Shown: piece by piece, positions 1 through 26,796 of the stretch
Layout: every line of letters begins with the position of its first letter
Numbering within the stretch: position 1 is the first letter of the stretch
Assembly (NCBI GenBank): GCA_046563655.1
Contig: CM102290.1
Span: 124,001 to 188,000, forward strand
Source: Yuukianura sp. NJ FZ-2021
Lineage: Eukaryota
Direction: 5' to 3'
DNA length: 64,000 nt
Notes under the pieces: generated by a model
What the model was told of the DNA's origin: nothing
The model's input: the letters and a program-made list of their open reading frames with translations, nothing else
The model's database searches: none
Program-made: the position numbers and the translations under genes

Positions 1-43
1 TCCATTCTAAAATTAATTTGAATTGTAGAATGTTGATTGTAAT

Positions 44-443
44 TAGGGGTGTAAATCCGGATTTTTGTTCCGGATATAAATCCGGATTTCTGACGGATTC
101 CTATTCTTCTAAATCCGGATTTCAAAAAAATGGAATCCGGATTTTGACGGATTTTTCGATTCATTTGAGGGTATGTACATTTGAAAATTTGACGCCTAAA
201 ACTGAAAAGTTGAGTTTACATAAAAAATGTTTTTCAAATTAAGTTAATCAAAAAGTAACATCCCGAACGTCCACTATCAACTTTTTTTGGTACTTGGAGT
301 TTAAAACCAACGTTGTTCATAATTTTGAAAAACTAAAAAAATTCTTATGCGAAATACTATGTATTCTGAAATCCGGATTTTTTAATAAAAATCCGTCAAA
401 ATCCGAAATCCAGATTTGGAGAAAGCCGTAACGGATTTACATA
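44..443. mobile_element. Non-autonomous hAT (Ac-type) element in a furry intron
   Basis: Perfect 8-bp TSD ATTGTAAT (36-43 and 444-451). Left end TAGGGGTGTAAATCCG, right end CGGATTTACA--TA (CCCC missing). Many subterminal AATCCG/CGGATT repeats. Confidence 0.85.
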
Positions 444-463
444 ATTGTAATCTTGTTTTGCAG

Positions 464-2467
464 AGTCTGTCTCTGCTCCATCGCTTCATTCCTGCGCTGG
501 ACATGAGTTTGGTGGACCCCTCTGGAGAGACTGGATTCCCAATGACTGTGATGGCTTTCATGCCCTACCTTCTCTCAAGATACGATGATCCAAATGCCGT
601 CTGCATCGAGGCAGCACAACTCATCGCAGAGGTAAGTCCATCCACGAATTTCCAAAAGAATAAGAGGAGATGGTAAGTGATTGATTTGTTTTAGGTGGCT
701 GGTGAGAAGAAGGACAATGGGAATGAGCCTCTGCAGCACTTGGCCACAGTGATGACCCTCTACAGTCGGCGCAGTTTCACGAAAGAGAGTCACCAGTGGA
801 CAAAGTGTGTCATCAAGTACCTCTACGACTCCTACGCTCATCTCGCCCCCCTCCTCCTCGGCTGTCTCTTTGACGTGCTGGAAAAGGGGCCTCCCTCCAT
901 CCAAGCAGCCACTCTCAGCATCCTCCACTGCTCCTTCACTTACGTCGACCTCACCATTGTGGGCACAGTCAGTCCCGATCTCCTCAAAGCCATTCAGAAG
1001 CATCTCGACGTAAGATCTCGCATTTATCACTTCTGAAGCACTTGAATAGGCTCATGTGGGGGCAAAGTGAGAAAAATGTGGACTATTTCTTATAATCTTG
1101 TGTCTTTCCAGGGTCCGCATTGGAAGGAGTCTCTTCGCATTTTGAAGCTAGTCGTCACTCGATCTTCCTGTTTGGTGGCTCCTGCACCGCCGCAGCCACT
1201 GAGTTACCCCAGCATGGGACTACTCAACTCGGGTCCTTCATCCATGGCCTACGACTCTGTGAGCATGACTTCGTCTGCCTTCACGTCCGAGTCTGAATCT
1301 TTTAGCAAGAAGGAACTTCCGGGGCGTACGATGGAGTTTACATTCGACGTCTCTCAGACGCCTGTCATTGGCCGACGACATGCCGCTCCGACGAACACAA
1401 GGGACGACCACAACGTTGTTTCTCGAGCAAGTGGAGCTGGACTCACTGGGCTGCATCAACGCTCAGGTTCAGTCGGTGAAATGGGCCCAACTTGGACGAG
1501 TGGAGGGGTCATTCAAAGTGCTTGGAAACGGCCGTGGCAGTGCCAAAGCAGAGTTCGGGAGTGTCTCGTCAGTGTGCTCAATGCCTGTGGCCAAAGAGTC
1601 GGCTTACCAAAAAGTCCCTCGGTAAGTTTCGCTTCCAAAATTGTCCAAATTTAAAAAAAAAAACAACAAAAGTGGAAGTTTTTAACAATTTTCCTTTTGC
1701 ATGTTCAGGTCATCTTCAGCCAGAGTTCGGAACTTCTGGAGAGACGGAGTTCTGTGGCATCTTCAACAGAAGAAGTTTCAGTGGCTATCAACGATGGATC
1801 TGGAGGGAGTCGCCTGGAGGAAGGTTCAGCGAGCGACGCCCACTTCCGTGTCTTCCGTGACTTTGACTTTTTGGAGTATGAACTGGAAAGTGTTGACGGA
1901 GAGAGTAGTGACAACTTCAACTGGGGCGTTCGGAGACGTCCACTTTCCGAACTCGGCACAGAACCAGAGACGGATGACAATGACGGTCTCATGGCCAGTG
2001 TCCAGTCAGCAAAAACATCCGGCTCTGAAACTAGCATTGAACAACCCACTGTCGTCTCCATGCCAAACACCCCGCGGCGTCCCACCGACATCCTTCCCCT
2101 GGACCTGACTGAGGACTTTATCGAGTCCATCCAGACGGCAGAAGACTCTTCTGACGAAGACGACCTGGGCATGTCTCCACTGGACGAAGTGGTTCCGCAA
2201 CTCCAGGAAATTGTGTCCTCTGACCCACCCACTCCGCAACCTCACTCTCTCACCATGATCGAAATCCCCTCTTCACAAACTTCTCCTCGCTCCAGAAGAC
2301 TGTCTGACACGAGTGACGACGACAACACTCCCCCCAACACGAACTTGTCTCCGCAGCCACCGGAAGGACCAATGGCGGAAGAGGATGACGAAGACCCTCT
2401 CCTCAGCAGCAGCGACCACTCAGCCTACAAATACAAACCGCCATCCAACGAAAGTGGCAGTGAATAA
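464..2467 (+). CDS. fry: Furry (FRY/FRYL, MOR2-PAG1 family), last four exons; 5' part lies outside the window
   Basis: GT-AG exons 464-631, 695-1009, 1112-1621, 1709-2467 join in frame. Motifs LATVMTLYS, ELPGRTMEFTFDVSQTPVIG, WKRPWQCQSRVRECL and FRDFDFLEYELES..DNFNWGVRRRPL are characteristic of Fry. Confidence 0.93.
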
Positions 2468-3175
2468 TCACAACTCAACCGTCACTTTGGCACTTCGCCT
2501 AAATCCATGGCAACGGCGTTGCACACACTTCGAAATGAAAAGGCAAAGTAGGCTATATCCTAAGACAAAGATACGTTCATGTTATTTGTACAGCGCAAAC
2601 TCATAAGTTATGATTGACTCTTAACTTTTGACATGATGAGGAGACAAAGCCATGTTTAGTTAGGAAACAAACGAATTTCTATGATCCATATCGTCACACC
2701 TTAAGAAATAAACAGTTCAACTTCCAGCGGATTCTGTATCCTTCCGTAGCCTCGTATTGTTAACTTTTTAAAACAATTTCTCAGCCTTTCCATTTGTACA
2801 ATGAGAATAATTGAAAAAAAAAATGAATGAAATGAGAATGAGTAAAAAAATGTCCATTTCATTTCATTTAAAAATCTATTTCAAAATGAAATTCAAATTA
2901 AAAAATGGATCCCGAACTTTTCACTTCTTTGCGGGTTTAAATTTTAACATTTTATTTTTTTTAAATAAACAAATTATTTCTGTAGTAACTAGCATAATGT
3001 TAGTACTTTGCATGATTGCCAAAGGACATGCTGCCAGTTAAGAACGTGGACCAACAAATTTAAAAAAAAAATCAAAAATAAAGTGTTTCATAAGTAACTA
3101 ATTTCGCCATTATTTAAAAACATGCTACACGTGGATTAAAAATCTCTTGCGTGGTTACTTCATAGCTCTACAAAT

Positions 3176-6625
<3,450 letters not shown>

Positions 6626-7538
6626 TTTGGGGAGGTCAATTAGTGAAACAGGAGCGTTTTCATCAGTTGTTGTGTTGTTGTGAGGACAATGTCCAGTAGT
6701 GTGTCGGTAGGAATGTGACTGTGGATGATTGTTGGATCTGAGAGTAGCAGAGTGTTTTGGAGGTGGTGTTCTGCTCGTTTGTGAAGATGAAGTTCCCTTG
6801 TGGATTGGTGGGAGAGAGGGGTGATTGCGAAGTGGCCGACTACTTCCATGTGGACAGCTACTTCCCAATGATCGCAGTAGTTTCAGTTTCTCACGACTCG
6901 ATCTCATCACTATCAGTTTCAACTCACGTCACTCCTCAATCCTTATCAACACTTTAGTTATTCGTCATCATGCTCACGTAACGTTCCACTTGAGATAAAC
7001 ACTTGAGTTGTTATGCAATCGGATACCTAAACAACACAACAGTGTAGTCTTTTAGTCATAACTCGGGACATTATGGGTAAATTAGTAATTGAGGTCTTAC
7101 ACAACTGACACAGATGATTGGGCACTTGTGAGTGTGATGTTTTCGGTCGTAAGACGTAGATTCCGGAAAGATTGACGGCGGGACTAGAGCGACTTCGTTT
7201 GAAGCAGTAGATGTGTCTCCAGCAGAAGAGAAATCCTATCTGACGCCCGTGCGGGACTTGAATAAGTGTTTCCTGCTATTTTGGATCCTGTCGTCACACC
7301 ACCCGTTTGAGACCGAGATAAGTCTGTCTGACGGAAGTGGGACACAGGCGCGTGGACGTCGGAGAAAGGTCGGGTGAAGTAGAATCCGATTGACGACAGG
7401 GAAAGTCCCACAGTATGATAATGATACATCGCCATAATATAATCAATATCCACACAAATACGAACCACGTCCAGGAACCTGGAATTTCATACGTATTTAG
7501 AACGTCACAATGTGTAGTTCATGACGATTACATCTCTT

Positions 7539-7912
7539 GGTTATAGTAAAGCGATCTAGTCCGTTTTACTTAGAAATTTTTTTCGAGTGACATGACCTAT
7601 GACAACCCAAAAAATGACCTCTACAGAAGTTGTTGGCCTTGATGAGGGGATCATTTTTTGTCCTGTGACATATGACCCTGTGACCTTCCGTTGACGTCAC
7701 AGGTCAATTTGAAGTTTTAACCTAACCTAACTAACTTTCAAATTGACCTATGACCTCAACGGAAGGTCACAGGGTCATATGTCACAGGACAAAAAATGAT
7801 CCCCTCATCAAGGCCAACAACTTTTGTAGAGGTCATTTTTTTGGGTTGTCTGAGGTCATTTCATTCTCGAAAAATTTCTAAGTAAAACGGACTAGATCGC
7901 TTTACTATAACC
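7539..7912. mobile_element. Foldback MITE (374 bp), possibly Merlin- or Mutator-derived
   Basis: About 180-bp near-perfect inverted arms (GGTTATAGTAAAGCGATCTAG...CTAGATCGCTTTACTATAACC), 8-bp TSD CATCTCTT (7531-7538, 7913-7920), loop AACCTAACCTAACT. Confidence 0.92.
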
Positions 7913-9826
7913 CATCTCTTACCTCTAGAGTCAATCTATTCATTGTTCGAATCCACTCAATTGTTAATTGACTTCAGTTATCCTTAAGTAATTGCAGTTC
8001 TATGCTACCACAAACAGCTGGTGCCCACCCCACAAAGTCTAGTACCCCTGGTTGGTACGCGAGAAGGATATTCACGACACTTATACAACTTATACTTACA
8101 CTTATACACTTGTAATTGTATCATCAGTTGTAATTAGTTGACGTTAGGTTGTTAATTTTAGGTGTTGATTATAATTGAAAGAGCACTTTAAACAATTGGG
8201 TACCACTGGCAAAAGAGCCATAAAGTTGTGGCGAAATCGGTTCAAAATGACACTACAAAATTGCAAAACCAACATAAATGCAAGGGCGAAACGACAATTT
8301 GAAAACCTTTTTTTTACCCTTCGTGCTGTCTTTTGAAGATCTTGTTTATGTTTGAGATAAATTGTCCAATTCACACGATAAAATCAGCTGCTTAAACTAG
8401 TCACCGAAATATCCGGGATGATTGTGAAAATCCAATTTCTCATACTTCAATTGACAATTTGCCATGACAAAATAGGCTGCAAATGGCATTTCAGTTTAGT
8501 TTTGCCACAAAATCGAGATACAAAGTACAGTACCTATAAGATACATTTCATTGTAGCTAAGGTACCGTAAATGGTACCCATAGTCAAATTTCTGTATACA
8601 AATTTGAGCATCGATGGGTACAACTAGCTATAAGTATTTTTATCGACTAACTACTTTAGCGCGGAGGATACTAACCTCGGTTAGCTGGGCACATACTGAC
8701 AAATGAAAACAAAGCATAGCACGTCATAAGGATACACGGAGAGTATGAGGAATAGGAAAGCATAGAGTTAGAGAGTTGTGATTTGAGTTTTTAAATTTGG
8801 CGGGTGTGAAGTGTTTACACTTGAGAAATGCGTTGTTTGCTTAATGACCACTTACGCCGTACAAAATATTGATAAACGGAATTTCCAGTTGAGCAGAATG
8901 GAATGGTAGAATGCCTACGTGGTTACAAACCAGTAACAGACATTAGACTAATGTTTCCAGTGGCAGATAAGAGGATCCACGGGAATTAACTCTAATGACC
9001 TCATTTACGTGTCAACGCTAACGTAAACAACTCTTCTACTTAACAATTTACAATCACAAAGTGGAAATTACGCAACATTTGAAGAGGACAGTGAATAAGA
9101 ATAGAATAGACTGGACTCTTACTTTTATTACTCATTTCAATTAATGTCAACTACAACCAATGCTTAGAGATGTGACTCTTCTTCATTGAAGGATCTAAAT
9201 GGAAAAACAAAAGTGAAATGGATCAAATGAATTAGTTACTCGGGACTAACTAGGACTTGGGTTCCCACGAAAATAGAAATATTTCCACTTCAACAACGCC
9301 TACTCACTCTTAACTACTTTAACACCATTTAGGTTGTGTTTAGTGTCAACACTTCTCAAAAGACACTTTCTTTCCACCACTTTCACCTCCACTTCAAAGT
9401 GGATTCAAAAGTCACTGTTACACACGCCATACTCATGTTACCTAATGTGAAAGGCTGGAAAGGGGACGGAAACGTCCACAGTTGACCTCTGACCTACTTG
9501 GAATTATGGACGGCCCTTAAAGCACACTTCTCTTAAACCTAACAAGTTGGCCTCCAAATGTTACAACTAAACTTTGGAATTGAGAACTCTAAAATATATT
9601 AAGACAAAGGAGAGAGAAGGAAACTGAGGAAATAAGTTACATTAATGGACATGGAAATGATTTCAAAAAGTGGCGCACTTGGACACAAAAAGAGGTCAAA
9701 CACTTTGCCCATTTGTGAATTTAAAGTAGAGATGTGCTGCTCAAGTATGTACAATGGACGGAGGTTTGGCTTTTTAACTTCATTTGAGTAATTAATTACT
9801 AATTGAGTTTGTAACTAAAGTTGGAT

Positions 9827-20430
<10,604 letters not shown>

Positions 20431-20682
20431 CCCAGGTCCATTGCTCCTCCCAACACACTTAACTTTTTAATTCAAATTCAATCAATTAAAAAGTTAAATT
20501 AAATATTTATTTGTAAGATGAAAAGTAATAGGATAGGAGAGACTATAGTGTGATCATGTAAATTCCTCCACAACACCTCAGCAGATTCAACTTCCCTGCA
20601 TCATCCCCTGCCCAAACCACCCCCTGAGACAGGTGATTCCTCCCTCTTTTTAACACGACTTTCCATCCAAACACTTGGACTT

Positions 20683-21970
20683 CTATGTCATGAGTGGACC
20701 ACTTCTGCACTTCCCTTCCCTCTTCCCCTTCGTCATGTGGTGGCTCAAGTACTTGACAACATCTCCAGCAGCATTCCTTTTCGCATCTCTAAAAGTCTTG
20801 CCCTCTCCGAAGAAGACGAGCGGAGTGTCAAAGGTCAGTTGGACCAGGATCTGATGCTCCTCGTTCGTCGACTTGTCTTCTGAGTCAATGTACATGGCCT
20901 CAAACTTCTGCTCAGTCCCAAGTTTCTTCACGAACAAGATGGGGTCATCTGGCCAGAAAGAGGGGTCACGCAGGGAATCAATCAAGGGCCCACTCATCTC
21001 TCGGTAGTCCACACATCCTGCATTTCCAGTTGTCGTTTCTCCTTCTACTGGCTTTGGCTTCTGACTCTTCTTTCTCCGATTTCTCCTCTTGGCACTACTC
21101 TTCTTGGAAGAGCGCAGTCTCTCAATGATCACATCGTCATCGTCTTCGTACACTCGAGCAGTGGACTTGACGAGGGGCATTGCCTTTAGTCGCTGGGCCA
21201 TGTTGTGAGCTGACGTTCTTTTGGCCAACTTCTTGGACTTCCCTTTCCCTATTTCCACAAATTGGTCACCCACATGACACGCCATCGCAAACAGTCGCTC
21301 GTGCGGCAGACCTTCTTCTCCAGCCACCTAAAAATGGAAAATGAAAACGAAATTAAAACGACAGGGAAGAGTTTTGATGATGTTTGTAAATTGAACTAGT
21401 AATTAAGATTAACCTCATATGTCGGTGGGGGGTACTTGAGCTTCATGCACAGTTCCTGGAGGATTCCAACTGGATTTCCGTCTCCTTCGACGTCTGCCCC
21501 CTTCTGGTCCTCAGCAGCAGCTTCAATGGCCAACAATGGCTGCTCTTCCAGCTCAAACAGTTCGTGTGGAGCTACAACCTCCATGGAACGCAGCATTGCC
21601 CTCGCCGAGTTGTGTTTCGCCTCTTTCTTCGACCGACCAGTTCCAGACTCTAGGCATGAGAATACTTACTAAAGGAGGACAGAACGTTGTTTGAACGTTT
21701 ACCTTCGTACACACTGCCCTTGTACTCCAGAGTGAGTCGATACTGGAAAATGGGTTCGTGCACAGCCCCTTCGATCTGAAGTAAATCGTACTTGGGGCTC
21801 ACGTTGCTCCGAGTGCAAATCTCTTGGAGCCATGACACAGGAGTTTTGTTGGCTCCACAGGAGTCCCCACGACTAACTACAAACAATTTCCAATTCATTA
21901 CTTCCACACCACTTTCTAAAATTGACATGAATTTTTGATTAAGATGCTTACTGGTTGGGATACGTGCCAT
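20683..21970 (-). CDS. loqs: Loquacious/TARBP2/PACT-like triple dsRBD protein (RISC-loading partner of Dicer)
   Basis: dsRBD1 KTPVSWLQE..IEGAVHEPIF..GTGRSKKEAKH; dsRBD2 NPVGILQELC..EEGLPHERLF..GKGKSKKLAKR; a divergent third dsRBD. Small exon 21970-21952 (MARIPT); a possible ATG-only exon at 22166-22164. Orthology to loqs versus a paralogue is not established. Confidence 0.85.
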
Positions 21971-22204
21971 CCTCTTGATTAATGAACCGATTGAAATTGA
22001 AGAGATGAGTGAGTATTGGAATTGAACAGTGTCTTCCAACCTCCGTCCTTTACTTGATTCTTGTAATTAAGACTATGCTCCAATGTGGACAGAGTTTAAC
22101 AGACAGTTAAAGTCAATTCAATTAAAATTAATTTCACCAACAATTAATTACGCTTGTCTTTACCATTGTTTTGATTTTGGATTCACAAATGTCAACAGTA
22201 GAAA

Positions 22205-22300
22205 TTTGAAATAAGAATTTGGGAGGCCAATTTCCCGCTCAAATTCGAATTGAGATTATTGAGAAAGAACCACTTTCCTTTCAATTTTGCAGCGGGAGTT
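22205..22300. promoter_or_regulatory. Short bidirectional promoter region with E2F-like and CHR-like motifs
   Basis: TTTGAA (22205-22210), TTTCCCGC (22231-22238) and GCGGGA (about 22292) between head-to-head genes. Confidence 0.45.
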
Positions 22301-22538
22301 TCAATTTCTCAATTTCATAAACTTTATGACATCACGATCATGTTTGTTATGTAATGAGCAATTTAGATTTAAAATGAAAATTAATTAGACTGTTTGCATA
22401 GTAGTTAACTTCCTTATTTTAATGCTCATAAATTGCTTCTCTTAACTTAAGCTTAATTAGGTTAGTAGTGAATGAACTGCATAGTTTAGACGTCAGAAGG
22501 AGGGGTGCTCTGAACCCCTCAACTTTTAGACATTTCAT

Positions 22539-24919
22539 ATGTTAGTGTGCAGCCCATTGATCAAAGACTGTGAACACTACAGCCACAAATGGCAGTGTAA
22601 GTCAATCTCTGCATCAAGCACAACTTTAATTAAATTAAACAGGACGATTACTTGTTTCAGTTGACTCTGGGCAACAAATTCCATCAACTACGTGTCCACA
22701 TCATCAGAGGGTTTCAACTTGGTCCAGCACTGGAATGGCTGATCAAAATTGGTCTTTCGGAGGAGGTTATGGCGACTGGAACTCAGAGTACTCACGAAGG
22801 AATGACGATTGGACCAACAGATCAGACACAAAGTAACTCCAGCACCTTCCATCACATAAACTAATGTCACATGAGGCTAATTTCACTTTTTGGAATGTTG
22901 GTTGCAGGTATTGTGCTGCTCCAAGAAAGATTGTCCCAATACCAGACAATTGGATGGCACCCGGCTCAACTTCTGACTTTAATTGGGACGGAAGTTCTGT
23001 ACCACCAAGGCCGATTCCTCCTCAGTCTCCGTGGGGCCAGCCTCAGCCTTATTACCACGACAGTGACGATTTTGGTACGAATGACGCTGTGTATCATGAA
23101 CCACCACCACATTATCCCAGTCAACATGACGGATACTACCCTGATCATAATCATTCTGCTCCAGCCTCACCAGAACCCATCCCAACTGGCTCCACCTCCA
23201 CGGTGTCCAACACTGCAGCGGAGAACGACAAAGTCCAAAGTAGCCAAGACACACACAAACCCAAACCACTCGCTGCAAAGTTAAGAGAGAGTGTGCTTGA
23301 CGCACGGTCATATAAGGCCTTCGGCTTACCCAACCTGGATGATGACCTCAAAGCCAAGGTTCAAAAATCAATCAAGTCAAAGGAAGGAGATGGCAAGTCC
23401 AAGAAATTCGTTAAAGTAGTTGGTCGGAGGGGCGACAAGAAGAAGAGGCCAGGAGTGATTAAAGTTAACAAACCTTACTATGCCAACGCTCCGAAAGGCC
23501 CTCCTCAGCACCTCATAACCTCCACTCCAACTTCAGACCAATCTCAGTTGCCCCAACCACCGCCCAAGGTCAAGGTATTTGAGCCTCGTCACAGAGAAAT
23601 CAAAATGACACAACCACACTTTGAAGATCATCATCGCAAGGCTACCAGTAGGAAGAAGCTTCAAAACCGGGAACCTCCACCTTCAAAACCAGTTCAACAC
23701 CGGGAACCTTCAAATTCCAAATCTGTTCAAAACCGGGAACGGGAAGAGCCAAGTTCAAGTTCAAATTCCAAATCTGTTCAAAACCGCGAAGGTTCAAACT
23801 CCAATTCGAAACCAGTTCAAAAGCGGGAAACTTCCAGTTCGAATCCGAAATCTCAAAACGGCGAATCTTCAAATTCAAATTCGAAATCTGTTCAAAAGCG
23901 TAAATCCTCCAACTTGAATGCGAAGGGAATTGAATCGGATGAATTACCATCCAGGCCTAAATCCGTTTCAGCTCCTCCTCCTCGAGAAATAAAGATGACT
24001 GAACCACACATTGAAGTTCGTCGTCGCAGAATGGACAAAAACAAAAAGCGTCAGGCGGGAAAAATTGCACTCAATTTTCCTGTCCCAAAACCCAGCCAAG
24101 GAAATCGTCCTGCTCAATCCCGCCAAGTTTCAGATTCAATGGAAAGTGAGACGACTGAGACTGAAGTACATTTGGATTCTGAGTCAGAACCTTCTCCTGC
24201 CAGGGAAATTGGAAAGTCAAAACGACCACAAACTGAACCTGCTCAACCCAAGCGTGTAGCAATGAAGAAGAGAAAAAGAAGTGGAACTGCCGAACCGGAG
24301 CGACGGCAGGAACCGAGTCAAGTGGAGCCACAGAAGAAAGCGAAGGTGGTGCTGCAGAGACTTCCTGAGGCCTTCTTAATGGCAAATGCTCGTGTGGAAG
24401 CTACGCGGTTGGACTCATCGGGGAAAAGTAGGAGTGTTCAGCAACCGCCGCCTCTCAAACCCACCAAGGTCATTGGACCGCGTGATGTCATTGTCAATCA
24501 AGGTCTCATGAAGATCAAGATAGAGTCGGACTATATTCCACCGGCCACAGTCAAAGAAGAACCGAAGGAGAGCATTACGACAGGTACTTTACTTTCTCAT
24601 TCTTTTTTCATCGCCAAAATTATACAAATTCAAAGTTTTAAAATATTTTTGGGCAGGTCCTAATGAACCAGAGGAAGTTGAAGGTGAACTTTTCGGTGGA
24701 GCTTTAGCCACTATGGGCCCACCGACTACTGAAGGAAATGCGGGAGGTGAATCCTTTTCTAACGCAGTCGCAGCACCTAACTTGACTTTGCTGAACGATA
24801 AGGACGGCCATGGAACTGTACCTGTCGGGGGTCAATTTGAAGGTGACGGAGTGGTTGGAAGTGTGGCCAACATGGGTGTACTCATTGTGAAGCAGGAGTA
24901 CTGCGACGGAGGACTGTAG
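22539..24919 (+). CDS. Uncharacterised, largely disordered P/S/K/Q-rich protein
   Basis: In-frame GT-AG exons about 22539-22596, 22661-22832, 22909-24583, 24658-24919. Long open exon; tandem SNSKSVQNRE-type repeats (23660-23910); duplicated REIKMTxPH; basic NLS-like KKRKR. Start could instead be 22735. Confidence 0.75.
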
Positions 24920-25079
24920 AAGTGGACTTTATTTGTGATTAACCTTTGTTTTCAAATGAACCACCACTGTGTTCATTCAATTAAATTTACTTGTTGCCAC
25001 TTACGTGTGCAAGGAGGCTGGAAACGTTGGATTATTGTGCCTTGTGGGTGGCATGGCAAGAGAGGACTTGAGTAATCAC

Positions 25080-25312
25080 TAGACATGCCAAAAATATTTA
25101 GTTCCCATGCCTGTAATGTTAGCAAAATCAATATTCTGGGCTTTTTTATTACTAAATTTTTATTGGTTTTCCCATGCCCGTAATGTTAAGTAAATATTTC
25201 GAGGTTTTTGATGAAAAATATTTAATATTTAAATATTTCGCGGGTTAGGTTAGGTTAGGTGTTAAATATTAAATATTTCTCGGGTTTTTAGTAAATATTT
25301 TTGGGATGTCTA
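25080..25312. mobile_element. hAT-like MITE (233 bp) with an internal (TTAGG)3
   Basis: TIR TAGACATGCCAAAAATATTTA / TAAATATTTTTGGGATGTCTA; perfect 8-bp TSD GTAATCAC (25072-25079, 25313-25320). Confidence 0.88.
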
Positions 25313-26796
25313 GTAATCACTAATTGGGGACTCAAGTCCCACCAAAACCAGTTCGTTAGGGTGGAATTGTGGACATTTGTGGTGGGAATTCCTTGTGGCA
25401 TGTCACATCCTCCATCCTGTCTCAACATCTAAATCTCAATTAAATTAACAGGGATTTAGCAACATAAATTCAACATGAGTTGCATCATGTTCAAATGATG
25501 AGAATGGAATGATCATGCTGGTTGGACATGGAAATGGAAGTGACCTCGTTTTGAAGCTGAAGTGGGTGTTCCAGAATAGGCTAATTGTTCCATTGTTCTA
25601 CAAGTGGATACCCATGTGATAAGTGACATGTCACGTTGACTCAAGATGTCATTGTGTCCACTGACAGGAGACAAGATGAGTTGAAGAAAAGTCACGGAAT
25701 TGCATCCACGCCAACTTGTTCGCTTATTGGAATTCTTGCATCTCGGAATGCCATTCGTCGGAAATATGGTCTGATCCTCCGAAAAACAGGGTTCCCAAAA
25801 CACCACTCCCGAATTCGGGCATTCTCCAATACCCACCTTCCCCTCTCTCCACTATCCTCTTCTTTTTGTCTTAATTTCAATAATCTCCATTTATAATTTG
25901 AAACTTTAACAAAAACATAAGTTGCAAAAAGCTCAGCTTTTATTGTGCTATGAGGGGAAAACTTTGAAAAAAGTGGCTAAAGGACTAAATTGGAGAGAAA
26001 AGAGAAAGTTGTGCGGAGTGAAAGTTGATTGATGTGAAAGTATTGATGTGATGATTGACTGTTTGAGAAGGAAAAGCGAGTGATGATGTTGGTTGTGAGG
26101 ATTGGGTGACCCTGGTTGTGTTATAGACTTTTGAGATCAATAGGATCCGAATCAATATGACAGGCGGGAGTGAAGTCACTCCAGACACTCACAGGATAGT
26201 CCCGCTTCAGAACCATGGAGGGCAAACAGCCTCACAAACTATACTTTTCAACGGATTCGCAAAATTAACTTTCTATAAAAAAACACGCAAAATAAACTAA
26301 GTGGATACATCCGTACTTAATTAGTTTGTTCTCAGACCTTGATAATTGGCATTTCTAAGACTAGCGTAAGTTTTTCCATGTTCCATGTGAATTGTGAATG
26401 AATCCTCAAACTATAAAAGGTAAGGTAATCATAATCAACTTCACAGTATACAGAAACGTTTTGACAACTTTGGAGTTGTAATTCTCCCCTTTTTACTTGT
26501 CGCAATCTTTTCTCACTTTTTAAAAATGTTAAAGGTAAAATTGAATTTGAAAGTTGGGTGCGTAGCCCCCTCATAGAATTGTCTAAAGTAGAGTGATTTT
26601 AGTGGGTGCTAAGATCCGTGGTGTCTCCCACTTTAGTCTCACTTTCCGTTCGTGCGACAGCGGCACACATTCTGCTCAGTCTCCGTTGCGGTTAGAACTT
26701 GTACCATTTTTTACTTATTTCAATTACTAATTAACTTTGGTCTTGATCTTGGTCTTCTGTGACTGTAGGCCACTCCCTAGGATAACCTGCCTCCAA

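Noticed and set aside
575..2232. Long antisense ORFs over furry (and similar ones over FAR, RpS3A and Nup96)
   Set aside because: Expected shadows of codon bias on the opposite strand; no independent splice or motif support.
1709..2467. Furry ends without the long C-terminal leucine-zipper/coiled-coil region
   Set aside because: As I recall, that extension is mainly a vertebrate feature, so a shorter invertebrate C-terminus is not clearly abnormal.
7184..7468. 94-aa minus-strand ORF upstream of the kinase
   Set aside because: No recognisable motif and no in-phase splice link to the kinase; at most a UTR or uORF.
25513..25896. Overlapping short ORFs between the orphan gene and FAR
   Set aside because: No consistent exon chain or family motif could be built on either strand.
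25948..26576. CTATGAGGGG...CCCCTCATAG inverted 10-mer resembling mariner ends
   Set aside because: The match does not extend, so it is compatible with chance.
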